A stretch of DNA of 60,685 nucleotides, counting the filler, from Nemertoderma westbladi (lineage: Eukaryota; Animalia; Xenacoelomorpha): the NCBI GenBank assembly GCA_032718475.1. It is 3 parts of 3 records of this genome, joined end to end, with 100 filler letters (N's around TTAATTAATTAA, not from the genome) between each part and the next. Parts side by side here need not be neighbours in the genome. Positions count along the whole stretch, not along the records: positions 1 to 28,034 come from JAUCBJ010003905.1; 2 more parts are not named here. One strand, written 5' to 3'. The notes beneath the pieces were generated by a model. It saw only the letters and a program-made list of their open reading frames with translations. It was not told the origin of the DNA and did no database searches. The stretch's first letter is position 1; every line of letters starts with the position of its first letter. Positions 1 to 15,000 of the stretch are shown one piece after another. Both the position numbers and the translations under genes were made by a program.

Positions 1-1198
1 CTGAAAAGTTCCACTTTGCAGCGTTGCTACCTATAGGTCGGAACTGTGTTAAGTACTGTAATCAACATGGAAACACTGTGGAAGCGATCGTTCTCATTTG
101 CACCACCATCTGATGGGACGCTTCGCATCAAGGCCTCAAAAGAAGCACTTTTCACCGTTATTTCCTGAGTGTCTTTATATTCCGAGCGAGCGCATCGGTT
201 TTGAGGTTTAGTAAGTAAAGTAGGCCTAAACTAAAGTTTTTGCCGTTTTCTCACAAAGTCAGTCGACTTATTTCCTGTGCGGTCCCCCCAGAACTATACT
301 CCCCAGCGGAAACTCCAGTACTCATTTAGCTACCACTTAAGGATGCGCCCTGGCCTCTAGTAAAGGGCACTGGAGGGATATCTATCTTTCGTCGGGTGTG
401 TGAGATAGTCAAAAGACCCTTATCCGATCCTTAGGTAATGCCCTACTGTAGTAGAATGCCTACCTCCCTTCCCACTTGACTTCCGGTTTCGCCCAGGGAA
501 ACCTGTGGTTGTCAACCAGTGGTCTGTCGAGGATATGTGTTAGACCCCGGATTCAGTGTAACAAATAAGAGGGTCAGTTATAATATAATTGGCTTTTACT
601 AGTTAATAGCTAATATATCTCACCAATAGGTAAATGCTCATAAAAATGAAGTTATATACCGAAATTATAACATTATACACCGCAATATAATCAATAATCG
701 TTACTAAACATCTGACTAATCTCACTATTAACACCTTCACCTGTTTATACACCCAAAATGTTATCTATCTCTCAGTCGTGAGTAGTTACTGGTAAAACTG
801 GTCACTATGCATTCACACCTCTCTTCAAGGCTTTATTAGCCGTACCACTATATTACTCACTCTGTAGTCAATGTTACATCCCCTGTTGCTACTCTCTTAA
901 TTATGTTAGTTTATTGGTTTGGGATTACTCACTAACATCCAAGGCAGATGGAGATGCACCCTGGCTAGTCCCTTCAAAGCATTCGTGCCGAAAGGAAAAC
1001 TACCACGACCTCAGAGATATGTGAATTAAATTCAGCCACTACACCAAGGTGGGACAAACTACTTGGTGAAACCACTACACCAAGGTTAACATAAATATAC
1101 TTGAGTATTTGATAGCCAAATTCTAAATTAAATTGTACTTTTCTCTACTAATTCTCGTGATTTTGTTCCATCATTTAACCAGGGTTCGGTACACTTAA

Positions 1199-2768
1199 CC
1201 CTATTAAACCCGGGGGGGGGGGGGTCAATATGACCCCCCCCCGTGGTTTTTTTATTATAATTCTGAAACAAACGCAGTTGGGAATCTGAAATTTTATGAC
1301 TTTTCCTAAAAATCTATTGTCTTCATGGTAGTGAAAACCGTTTTCAAAAATATTGGGTACTTTTCGAGTTATAGCACCATTTTTTAACCCTACTTTTGGC
1401 ACTTTTTTTGAGACGTTTTTTGAAAATTACATTTCATTAAATATGAATTGTAACTTCTCTATTTTTGATTTACACCGGTTTTTTGGTGTTAGAAATTGGA
1501 TGGAATTCATATAAATTGATTTAGAAATTTCAAACTTGTTTTTTTTCGATGGGTGCCAAATTTTGGTGCCAGCACCAAATTTTGAAATAAGTCAATTTTG
1601 TAAATTGATTGTTTGAAACTTGTTTTTTACGCAATTGGGGTTTTTTGAGGTTCTGGATTCGATGAAATATATACGAGTTGAACCAAGCGTATCAAACTTG
1701 TATTTTTCGGTGCTGTGTGCTAATTTTGGTGCTAGCACGAAATTTTGAAAATCCATTCAATATATAAAATTGCTTGTGACAATTTATTTCTTGCGTTTTA
1801 GAGGTTTATGGCTGTTCTGAATTCAATGGAAAATATAATTATCGAACTAGACATCTCAAACTTGTATTTTTCGGATGTGGGTGCAAAATGTGGTGCTAGC
1901 ACCAAATTTTGAAAACCATCAAATATATCAATTGATTGTGTCACCTTGTTTCTTGCGTTATACGGGTTTGTGATGGTTCTGAATTCAATGGAATCAGTAA
2001 AAATTTCATAAGAGTTCTCAAACTTGTATTTTTCGCCGGTGGGTGAAAATTGTTGTGCCAGCACCAAATTTTGGAAAATATGCAAATTGATAAGTAGATA
2101 GTATCGCCTTGTTTCTTGCGTTATACGGGTTTATGAGGGTCCTGAATCCGATGGAATCAATAAAAACAGCACTGGACATCGCAAACTTGTATTTTTTGGT
2201 GATGGGTACGAAATTTGGTGCTAGCACCAAAATTTGCTAAATTACGCCAAAAAATACAAGTAGCAATGATCTGGCATATTAGAAATGTATTCCATTAGAA
2301 TCAGCGCCCTCGAAAACCTGAAAATGTGAATTTATAGCATCGTATAAGTGAATTAAAAATTTTGTGTTCTAACTGAAAAGTGCTGGTTACTTGTTTTTTT
2401 CATTTTTTTCCTACGCAGAGAGGACTAAACAGCCATTTATAGTAATCATATCATTTTTAAATATTTTCCAATGTATTTTGCACCCCAAAAAACCTGTATT
2501 GAAAAATAATTAGCCGAAAATGTAACTTTCAAATTTTGTGAAAATTGTGCACTACTTGTAATTTTGGTGCTGCAATATAACCACCCCAGTACATTTTTTC
2601 GAAAATTTATTTTTTCGGTCGGATCCAGACAAGTGATACCTACGTACAAACAAAAAATCAGACGTTTTCGTAAATATTTGTAGATTTTAGAGGGGGGGGG
2701 GGGGGGGGGGGTTAATATGACCCCCTCCCGGTATTTGTACAACATTTTATAGCCCGGTACTAATAGGG
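1199..2768. mobile_element. Non-autonomous piggyBac-like element with internal ~163-bp tandem array
   Basis: TTAA on both sides (1195-1198, 2769-2772); TIR CCCTATTAAACCCGGG vs CCCTATTAGTACCGGG. About 5 diverged ~163-bp units (about 1480-2240), each with the palindrome aatttggtgctagcaccaaatt. No transposase. Confidence 0.85.
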
Positions 2769-2917
2769 TTAAAGTAAACATTATAATACTCGAATGTTTA
2801 GGAACATTTTTGAATTCCATATCACTGCAACTAATTGCAGTAACTACAACTGTACTATAAACTATCGTATACTTAACATGCAATGGTATCTTCCTAATAC
2901 TTGATTTTTATATTTAG

Positions 2918-3021
2918 GGCCTGTTTTTAGCTGGTGAAATTGATGTATTTCCTCTGAATAATTTAAATACTTCATGTGAAATTCACAAAATTATCGTCGA
3001 AGTGAATTACGATGTTGATTG
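2918..3021 (+). CDS. Lipoxygenase exon (PLAT domain, middle)
   Basis: tatttag|GGC...GAT TG|gtaagt; GLFLAGEIDVFPLNNLNTSCEIHKIIVEVNYDVDW. The phase-2 end joins 9346 to make the conserved Trp. An alternative acceptor at 2930 is possible. Confidence 0.75.
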
Positions 3022-6000
3022 GTAAGTCCGTAAGTTGTCATGTAAAAAATAAAGAAGATTGTTAATAATTATTAATAGTCAGTAGTACCGGTATGACGCT
3101 AAAAATTAATTATGTATAAAATTGTCATATCGGCTATCGGCTGCAAAGCGCAGGGAATTATATCTATAATCTTATACACGTTCGTGCATCCTTCGCTCCG
3201 TTTGTGGGTCCTTCACTCCGTTCGTGGGTCCTTCACTCCGTTCGTGGGTCCTATGCTCCGTTTGTGGGTCCTTCACGCAGAAGAAATAAGCAAGCTCATC
3301 ATGCGGGTACCACTATGATACTGGTATATCAACCGTTAACAAGTCGCCATCAAGAGGAAGACTGGAGAACTGATAAATCCCCCACGCAAATTATATTTCA
3401 GAGTCTATATGTGTACCAAGTTCGGTTTAACTTGATCCAAGATTGACCGCGTTATTAGCATTGAAACATTTACCCACAGACAGCCCACAGACAGACCGAA
3501 AGACCGACCTATCACTTGCTGCCATTAGTAAATATAGTAAATCGCGCTGTAAGGGGTTATTTTATAAACAATAACGTGTATAGTTAATATTAATCTTATA
3601 ATTATTTATATTGTAAAATATATTTCTTTAAACGATCCACCTTTGAATTCCCAGTTTTTAATTTGTATAATTTATGTGTATGCATAATTTGTATAATTTA
3701 TGTGTATGTATAATTTGTATAATTTATGTGTATGTATAATTTGTATAATTTATGTGTATGTATAATTTGTATAATTTATGTGTATGTATAATTTGTATAA
3801 TTTATGTGTATGTATAATTTGTATAATTTATGTGTATGTATAATTTGTATAATTTATGTGTATGTATAATTTGTATAATTTATGTGTATGTATAATTTGT
3901 ATAATTTATGTGTATGTATAATTTGTATAATTTGTGTGTATGTATAATTTGTATAATTTATGTGTATGTATAATTTGTATAATTTATGTGTATGTATAAT
4001 TTGTATAATTTATGTGTATGTATAATTTGTATAATTTATGTGTATGTATAATTTGTATAATTTATGTGTATGTATAATTTGTATAATTTATGTGTATGTA
4101 TAATTTGTATAATTTATGTGTATGTATAATTTGTATAATTTATGTGTATGTATAATTTGTATAATTTGTGTGTATGTGTAATTTGTATAATTTATGTGTA
4201 TGTATAATTTGTATAATTTGTGTGTATGTGTAATTTGTATAATTTATGTGTATGTATAATTTGTATAATTTATGTGTATGCATAATTTGTATAATTTATG
4301 TGTATGTATAATTTGTATAATTTATGTGTATGTATAATTTGTATAATTTATGTGTATGTATAATTTGTATAATTTATGTGTATGTATAATTTGTATAATT
4401 TATGTGTATGTATAATTTGTATAATTTATGTGTATGTATAATTTGTATAATTTATGTGTATGTATAATTTGTATAATTTATGTGTATGTATAATTTGTAT
4501 AATTTGTGTGTATGTATAATTTGTATAATTTATGTGTATGTATAATTTGTATAATTTATGTGTATGTATAATTTGTATAATTTATGTGTATGTATAATTT
4601 GTATAATTTATGTGTATGTATAATTTGTATAATTTATGTGTATGTATAATTTGTATAATTTATGTGTATGTATAATTTGTATAATTTATGTGTATGTATA
4701 ATTTGTATAATTTATGTGTATGTATAATTTGTATAATTTGTGTGTATGTGTAATTTGTATAATTTATGTGTATGTATAATTTGTATAATTTGTGTGTATG
4801 TGTAATTTGTATAATTTATGTGTATGTATAATTTGTATAATTTATGTGTATGCATAATTTGTATAATTTATGTGTATGTATAATTTGTATAATTTATGTG
4901 TATGTATAATTTGTATAATTTATGTGTATGTATAATTTGTATAATTTATGTGTATGTATAATTTGTATAATTTATGTGTATGTATAATTTGTATAATTTG
5001 TGTGTATGTGTAATTTGTATAATTTATGTGTATGTATAATTTGTATAATTTGTGTGTATGTGTAATTTGTATAATTTATGTGTATGTATAATTTGTATAA
5101 TTTATGTGTATGTATAATTTGTATAATTTATGTGTATGTGTAATTTGTATAATTTATGTGTATGTATAATTTGTATAATTTGTGTGTATGTGTAATTTGT
5201 ATAATTTATGTGTATGTATAATTTGTATAATTTGTGTGTATGTGTAATTTGTATAATTTATGTGTATGTATAATTTGTATAATTTATGTGTATGTATAAT
5301 TTGTATAATTTATGTGTATGTGTAATTTGTATAATTTATGTGTATGTATAATTTGTATAATTTATGTGTATGTATAATTTGTATAATTTATGTGTATGTA
5401 TAATTTGTATAATTTGTGTGTATGTGTAATTTGTATAATTTATGTGTATGTATAATTTGTATAATTTGTGTGTATGTATAATTTGTATAATTTATGTGTA
5501 TGTATAATTTGTATAATTTATGTGTATGTATAATTTGTATAATTTATGTGTATGTATAATTTGTATAATTTGTGTGTATGTGTAATTTGTATAATTTATG
5601 TGTATGTATAATTTGTATAATTTGTGTGTATGTGTAATTTGTATAATTTATGTGTATGTATAATTTGTATAATTTATGTGTATGTATAATTTGTATAATT
5701 TATGTGTATGTGTAATTTGTATAATTTATGTGTATGTATAATTTGTATAATTTATGTGTATGTATAATTTGTATAATTTATGTGTATGTATAATTTGTAT
5801 AATTTGTGTGTATGTGTAATTTGTATAATTTATGTGTATGTATAATTTGTATAATTTGTGTGTATGTATAATTTGTATAATTTATGTGTATGTATAATTT
5901 GTATAATTTATGTGTATGTGTAATTTGTATAATTTATGTGTATGTATAATTTGTATAATTTATGTGTATGTATAATTCGTATAATTTATTGTATCGACTC

Positions 6001-9000
6001 CATTATTATCCCGAGTGCGTCAATGACATGCACTTTTATTCATTTGTGTAATTTTTACGTCTAAATTTCTACTGTCTTAATTGTATATAACTATGCTTTA
6101 TATGTTTTATACAGTGTATACCAGCTTTTTCCTGGTTTTAAATAAATAAAATAAAATTTCAAATTTGATGTAAATTAGTAGAACAAAAATGTCGAATCAC
6201 ATTGCAGAAATAATGACGAATAATATAATACTTTATATGCCTAACATTATATACTACACATAATTATATCTATTTCTTGAGAGCTGACAAGTGATAAAGT
6301 TCCAGAACAATACTTTAAAAATAAATTCATAAAGTAATTGGCTAGGTAAACAAATATGGTGTAAATAGGTGTTTAGCTTTATATTTAATATGAATAAAAC
6401 ATCAGCCATTACTAAAAGCTCTACTTCTATCGATGTTTCGCCATTTATTAATATTTTTTCGTGCAAAAGATGATTACTTTGGCTACCAATTGAAGTCACA
6501 CCAAAAATATTTTATAACAGCAATTTAAACAATAGTAAACCCAAAATAAATACATAATCCCCCAAACTAAACACATAATCCCCCAAGTTAAATACATAAT
6601 CACCCAAAATAAATAGATATTCCCCCAAAATAAATACATAATATTCCCCCCAAAATAAATGCTTATTCCCCCAAAATAATCAAATATTATACCAAAATAA
6701 ACAGACTCTTAGTTACAGACTATCAGTTGCAGAGTATTGGTACGAGGCTCATCAGTATAATATAATTAAATATTTTGTTTGATTTATGGAAATAAATAAT
6801 GAATGAATTTGTATAAATAAATTTTCCATAAAATATTTGGTGCTGGAAGAATTGTTTTTGGTTGACAAGTAGTTATTTTAGGGAGATTGAATAATTGTTT
6901 TGGGGAATGAATAATTGTTTTGGGGGGTTGAATAATTGTTTTTGCTGGATGAATAATTGTTTTTGGGGGATGAATAATTGTTTTTTGGGGGGTGAATAAT
7001 TGTTTGTGGGGGATGAATAATTGTTTTTGGGGGATGAATAATTGTTTTTGGTGAGAGAGATATTCAAATTGGGGGATGTGAATTGGTAATACAAAAAATA
7101 AATTTGGTGTTAAATAATTTTTTTTGGTGTCAAATTAACAAATTTGGGTTAGCATTCAATTAGTGGCGATTTACTTTCTATCAGCAAATTGCCGAAATTA
7201 CAACTATTTATTTAATGTAAATAATGTAATGCTTTCTCTCCTTTGATATCGGCGAAAAAGAAATGGTAAATACAGATTCGTACATTTACCTGGGCTCACC
7301 AATAACTTCAGATGGTTTAATATCTATAGTAATTTCCCTCAACGCCTCTGAAAAGCAGTGTCACCTATTAAAATTTTCGACATTTCTAAATAAGAACACA
7401 GACTTACCTTTCGTTGTGAAAAGGAAAGTGTTTGATATTAAGTGACAACGAAGAATGAATCCCAGACTGTAATATTCAATAGTCTACCGCTAGGGGGCGA
7501 TAATGTTCTAGAATGTAAATTGCTTGTCATTTTGTTAATTCCTGTCCGTTTGTTTTGAAATTTTATAGACACCTTCTACAATATAAAATTATACTGGAGA
7601 ATGAATCCTAAACTGTAATATTCAATTTTCTACCGCTAGGATGCGATAATGTTCTAGAATGCAAATTGATTTTCATTTTGGTAATTCCTTTCCGTTTGTT
7701 TTGAAATTTTGTAGACACCTACAATATAAAATGACACTGGAGAATGAATTCTAGCCTGTAATAGTCAATAGTCTACCGCTAGGGGGCGATAATGTTCTAG
7801 AATGTAAAATTTTTTGAAAAAAAAATTATTTTTTTGAAAAAAAATTTTAAATTTACAAAAAAAAATTTTTTTGGTTAGGGGCCTACATGTTTTTTTTTTA
7901 ATTTTAGAAATTTTTTTTTAATAGTTCATTAACAATATTAATAGTTTCAAAGTGTTAAAAGTTTGATAAAAAGCCGAATAACATTGACCTGCCTAACTAT
8001 ATAGCAAGAATTGCTATAATATTGTTAACCTTTTCAATTTTTTTAAAAAACAAAATTATTTTGAAAAGAGCTACCCGAATCACCTTCACATAAATCGCTG
8101 TAACTTTTTTTTGGAAATAGATATTGAGACACCGTTTTTTTTGTTAAAATCTCTGTAAAATTCTGCATCTCATAGGCCTAATAACTCAAAATAGACCTCC
8201 GGTAACATAAGGTCCCTTTTCTCGTGGCCAGCCACATTTTATGAACCTACTGACCATAATTATTTAATTAAGTGGAACATGATAAATTGTGAAACAAGCA
8301 CTGTTCTTTATTTATTTACATATATTATTTATTTATTTTAACTATAACTTTTTATTACAATACACTAGACCCAGTATCACACGGCTTGACAATTATTTAG
8401 ATATAACATATTTATTCATTTAATTATATTAGACCCGGCATCGCACGACTTGACAGTTAATTAGCGATGTACTCGTAAGTAGGTAGTTTTATTGTGCTAT
8501 TTCTGTTCGGAATTTAAATATTTAATTTTTTCTGGTAAATTTCTTTATATTATGGTCGGCACTACCGTTTCAATCATGTATAATGTTAATTATTGTGCAA
8601 GTATTGAACTGTATAGAGATGTATATGAGATATGTCTAAGCAGTTATCTAAAGCATTTTTGCGTAATTTCAGCTATTTTTAAATGAGTAGGGCCTGATTT
8701 GTAATTACTTTTAGCGAAGGACAAGACATAATCTTCTTCAATTTAAAGAGAGAAGGAAAACGTTAATAGTATGGAGCTGTGGTAATGTTGCGAATAGGTT
8801 GATAGGCTGGACAAACCAGCAAAGAATGGAACTCATCTTCCACCACATTTATTGAAAACATCTGGCAAAAAACGTTCATTGCGTGGTACATGGTACCACC
8901 TACCGGTTGGTTTGTCTTTTCGATGAAAAAGGTAATTCTCAGGATGAAAAGAAAATTTAACATACAACTCGCACTTCGGCGATGCATCAATCTTGCCCCA

Positions 9001-12000
9001 CCATTCTTGAATAAAGTTATCCTTAATCGTCTCAAGATTTCAGGGTATTTCATTATCAACCTTCTGCGCTACCAATACTCCACTAAATCCGTTACGATTC
9101 AACAATTCTTTAACTTTAGATGCTCTGTTAACGGAATCGACCTCGTGTATTGAGATATGTACGCCTGCATAACTAGTCGTGTGTCGCCGTAAAATTTTCA
9201 ACCAGTACTTAATTATGATCAATTTCTGCCTAACTATGAGGGGAACGGTACCACTATAGTAATGATTGATATTAATAATAATAATACTATATATTAGTAA
9301 GTATTATTAAGACAGGTCTAAAATATTACATTTTTTATCAATAAGGTTTGTAGAGAGATTTGAAATATGTAGGGGAGGTTCCGACCCGAAACGAGTTCAT
9401 GTGTTTCCAGCTATGAGATGGGTAAATAAGAATAGACCTTTGAAGATACGAGAATATGACTGCTTGTTACCTCAGGTAATATTTAATTGTATTCATATTT
9501 ATGGTGATAAGGATGAAAGTGGATCTTGCCAACTTATGCCACAGTAGGCCTATAGTTTATTAATTAATTAGTATTTTATTAACTAGTAAGGAACCCCCTG
9601 TTTTTTTGTCAATAGATTCTCTAGTCTCGAGTATAGGCCTACACCTGGTGGCATATAAAAATAAAAATACGAAAAAGATATACTGTATAGCAGTTAACTA
9701 GAGTACATGAAAATCGTAATCAAGTAAAATATAACACCTAAAATATTATTTATCATAAAGGATGATGATGATATTGATGAAAGAGTTGAAAATCTTATCT
9801 ATCAGAAATCAAGATATGAGTTGGAAGAATCGATTGTTGGTATTCCAAGGCACATTAAAGATATTCCCGTAGAGCAACAGTACTTTACCTCATATCTGGT
9901 AGGTATGGTCTGGTTAAGGTGTACCAATATTCAAATACCTTGTGTGTAGATCTTATATGTAAATTCAACGGACGTGACAATTGGAATACAGTTATTTGTC
10001 CACATAAACAATTTCATTAATAATTACACTACACCAATCATAAGTTCTTAGTGCGGGAATTACAGAGTTTGTTACTAAATTCTAAATTCACTAAATTCTT
10101 GACTAAATATGTTTATCAGTGGTTGTAAATTCTCCATAACTTGCGGCTTATATTTCATAAGTAGCAGAATTTGAACAGTAATGGGCTCCTAGAGCGGAGT
10201 TTGCTATTACGTAGTATTGAACGTGGCATCTTTACTCTGCATAAAGGGTGAAAATTTGTTTCATTCACACCTTCAAATTCAACAAAAACAACAAAAAGAA
10301 AATTCAACACATTTTATATTAGACGGAATAACTGAACTGCTGCTTAAGTTAATGTTACAAATGGAGCTCTAATACAAATGTATAATTGTGTATATAATAT
10401 ATATTTATTTATATTAAACTACTAAATTAATATTTCAGATGGGAATTATGAAAGAGAAAGGTGAATTAATGATTCAAAGTAAGGCGATTGCTATGAATGC
10501 ACAAAAATTGGTAAAATTTAAAGTATTGGAGAGTCTTTATGGGTTTGGGTTCCCTATACCGTACAGCTTAGCGCACTGGGACGCAGATAAATGGTTTGGA
10601 AACCAACGCTGTGCTGGCCTAAATCCTCATCTTATTCATCGTTGCAAAGAGATTCCGGAAAAGTAAGATATACCATTAAATTTGTACTAATTATTTCACT
10701 TCTAGAACATTTATTTTACATCCAGATATACGCTGTAGGCCTATGTAATGTATTTAAACCTATAACTAACTAATTTGAAAGCTGTTTCGTATTTATTACT
10801 TCTAGTTCAGTTTTTTTTATTGCTGTACTTGTACAAAATAATAAAAAAAAAATTAAAATGAAAATATTTCACCAAAATCACTCAACGAACACAAATTATT
10901 GTCAGTGACTTTATGTTTTAGCTTCAAAGTTAACAATGACCTGGTAGGACATTTACTGGATGGGCATACACTAGAGGAAGCTATGGCGAAAGGTCTACTC
11001 TACATGACTAATCTCAGTATTCTGGATGGACTGGAAAGAGACGAACGAGGTCTAACTGTTAGTATATATATCTGACGTATAATAATTTATATATACCGGT
11101 AGTGAACATATTGGTATAATGATATGAAAAGGATATCTTAGGCCATTGTCCCACTGGTAGGTCAAACATATTTGTTAGAAGTACAGTATAAGATGCATCC
11201 CACGAAATTATCAGGCTCGCAAGCTACCCAAAATAACCAACCATCCATATTTTACATTCGCTAAATTATTTAAATATAGCGATATTTATTGATTTGAATA
11301 TATTTGGACACTGACGAAATCACTTGAACAACGAATTGATGGTTGCTACACATGACTACTAAGGGCAGCCCTAAACATCAGCTGGAGACAATACATGACA
11401 AACGCCGAGCTCAATGGTACAATACCACCTGTATCAACCACCCTCCGTGAACGCAGATTAAGATTCAGTGGGCACCGCTGGCGAAGTAAAGACGAGGTCA
11501 TACCAGATCTACTTTTCTGGCAACCAACTCATGGGAAACGTAGCCGTGGTTGACCGGCTATAACATATATAGATCAACTTGAAAGGGATACTGAACTTGA
11601 GAGAAACGAAATTACGAGAACTATGGAGAATCGGGAAGCCTGTCAAGGATCTCATTTCCACTGTCCGAGTTCGGTCGACCTATACTGTAGTAGTTGTAGT
11701 ACATTATATAAAATATTATTTTGGACAAAATACAGTACGCAAGATGATAGATTGGACTGGACCGTTCAGTTCTTTAGTAACTGCCTCTTTGTATGTGTTT
11801 ATGGGAACAGTTTTATTTTTATCAATATAGTTTAAGTTGAAATGTCACAAACGATGATTTTCTAGAGTTACAGTAGGCTCTAGCTGGTTTCCGCTTTCCT
11901 TTAATTGATATATATTTTAATCTGAATCAAAACGTCTGGCCATGTTTAATAGAACAGTCAAAAAAATAAATTTTGGAAATTGAAAAATTAGCGTGGAAAA

Positions 12001-15000
12001 GATGCCTATGTGTAATATAAGATTGCTCGCAAATAATAGCTATGCATACATTGTTTTACTGATTGTTTGATAGAAGACTCTCTTCAACCTGAATTAGTCC
12101 ATATTACTGTTAGTTGCATTATGTGCCGCTTCGTGGCTTGATCTTAATAAATAATTAATGTGTTTTGAGAAGATTTAAAAGAAAACTTATATAGTACCAA
12201 GGCATCTTTTCCACACTACTTGTGTCCATTTGAGCTATTTTTAGTGTATTTACTCCACCCGAAACTGCTTAGTGACCCAGATGAATCCATAGCGCTTCTC
12301 GAACTCAAAAACATAAGTAAGAACCTTTGCTCTAGTTGAAATATATGAAGCTTTAGATCGCAATGAAATAACTCAATCGGTGTTCTTAATGTTTGAATAC
12401 TATACCATGTGATGGAGATTTTGTTATAAATGACTCCTCTAGGTTGTCATTACAGTAAGTGTGCCCCAAACTTGGCCATGATCAGATGGAAGTCACAAAA
12501 ATAAACCATGCATTTAATAAATAAATTCATTAGTTTCTTCTACATGATTTTTATGTAAAGAAAGAAAACCATGACTGATGTCTTGTAAACAAACTAGAGC
12601 TATTATCCCCTTATATATCTATAAAATTGGACCAGAAGATTCTCTATTCAAGTGACTTCCTTAGGGTTTCATTGCAAATATGTTCCCTTCTAAACCGTAA
12701 ATAGGTGGGGTGACCATTTATTTCAGTTTAGGTTGTAAATAATTTCTCATTTTTCAGCTTTGTTCTCCGATGGCTTTGTTCAAAATTGACGCCGTGAGTC
12801 ATTGCCTATTGCCAATTGCCATACAACTGTTCCAGAATGACCATGAAGATGGCACTCCTAATCCTGTCTTCGTAGCAACAGATCCGGTACATGTTTGGTT
12901 GGCTGCAAAAATATGGTACAACAATAGTGAAGCAAATATACATCAAGTTTTGACACATCTCGGTAAGTAGGCCACCTAATAATAAGAATTAATATAAGAA
13001 CTATGGTTTATTGCAAATATGGTGCGAACAAAATACATCTCGAAAAATCGATGTTACCTATCATTGTTTGGTATTCATGTTTTTTTTTCCAGCTCTGACA
13101 CATATGGTAGGCGAAGTTTTATCCGTTGTAACTTACCGGCATCTCTCCTCCAGTCATCCAATATACCGTCTGCTGGTTCCTCACTACATGTTCGTTATGC
13201 CAACAGGCGTTAGAGGCAGAGTAGGCATATTGACTCCAGGTCAGTTACATGTTTTATTTAATATTGCGTAGCCGCGTCTTCTAGTGGTAGCATTGCTGGG
13301 CTTCCAATTAGATCCCTAGATGGGGCACACTGTGCGCAGAGCTTTAAATGCTGAAACCTAGCCCAACCCAGGTATTCATCCTTGACTGTTCAAACATAAT
13401 GGTTGTGAAACATAATGGAAGTGCTTGCTGTGGAATATCACACATGGTCGTGAACATGTGTTGCCTTTTACGCCTAATAGATTCTACCATAACAGGTTTT
13501 AAATAAGTTGGGTAAAAATGTAAGCCATTTTGGTGGCAACGGAATTTCGCTAAATTGCGATATCCCAGATTACATTATACATAATCTCTATAGCATGCAT
13601 ATAGAATACATAGATTACATTATATATAATCTCTATAGCATGCATATTGAATACATAGATTACATTATACATTACATTTCACTTATATATTATATGTTAG
13701 TTACTTTATATTGTAACATCATCACTACAACTGTAGTTTATTTTAATCTCCCCTTTCTTCACTAAGGAAGTATAAGCCTAAGCTAAGCATACTTACAATA
13801 TAATCACTCATATAACTTATCATTTACACTCCCTGCGGTAAAGCAGTCTCTACATTGGTTTTTTATTATCAATTTGCAAGGGAATTGGATTGATATGGCT
13901 TTCCAAGTTGGATTAACTGGACATCGGAACCTCGTCAAGAAGTTCATAAAGGAGTGGAGATTTGACGAGAATTGGGTTTTACCAAAAGACTTGGAGCAGC
14001 GCGGCGTTGACGACAAGGAAGTTTTCCCTAAGTATCCGTTCAGAGACGACGGTCTCCCGATATATCGCATTATAGAGGACTACGTTAGAGATATAGTGAA
14101 TCTCTATTACTGTAAGTTTTCGGTGGGTTTAGACAGTCTAAGTTAAGTCTAATACACAAACGTGAGAATATTTGTTGAAGTGCCGCTTAGCGTGAAAGTA
14201 AATTCATTTTGAATTAAAATGGAATTGATTAAAAATTTGAAATAAATTTCGCGAATATATAATTTCGTTAACGGAGTCGGTTTTTCTAACCAAAACAATG
14301 AAGTAAATTTAATCGTCCAATCCAAAGAGGCACCCCAATTGGTAGACTAAAGCAGAACATCTCATGGATATCTAACCTTGGGAGATATTATGTAGTTACA
14401 TAGTAAATACCCGGTAGCCGGTATATTGTACCGGTAACCTCTAAAGTCATATTATTATCGGATTTCCTTTTGATTTTATCAAAATGAATTAATATAATTT
14501 TATTGACTTTATTTATGCCTACTGCACCAACAAATTATAAGTACTTATATGTTAATTAAGGGCCGAAATATAATTAATCTACTGTACGTACTGTAGTTGT
14601 GGCGAGCTATCTAAAAAAAGGAAACGGAACTCAGTAAAGTATGGTTAAAAGGTCGGACATTGTCATTGGATATTGTCATTTTATCAAAATGACAATAATA
14701 TAGAATAATACAAATTTTACAGTAATACTTTGTTTTACTGGACAACAATTTCCAATACAAACATCGAAAACTAATTTCAAATTTTTATAAATAATTTATT
14801 TATCTTGTATTTCACAGGTGATAATGAAAGGCTGGAGAATGACCAGGAGATACAGGCGTGGGCCGCGTCTCTAACGGACCCTAACGAATGCAACCTGAAA
14901 GGAATTCCCGGAAACGGGAAGTTTACTGACAAACAACAACTCATTGACGTTGCAACTGGAATTATTTTCTATGCCAGCGCCGGCCATGCCGCCATTAATC

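Noticed and set aside
1-1190. Possible LTR or first LOX exon
   Set aside because: A TGTAACA at about 557-563 and higher GC are suggestive, but there is no partner, TSD or PLAT-like reading frame
13266-13490. Possible second tRNA-derived SINE in a LOX intron
   Set aside because: An A-box-like start and CTTCCAA loop are present, but the B box is broken and no TSD was found
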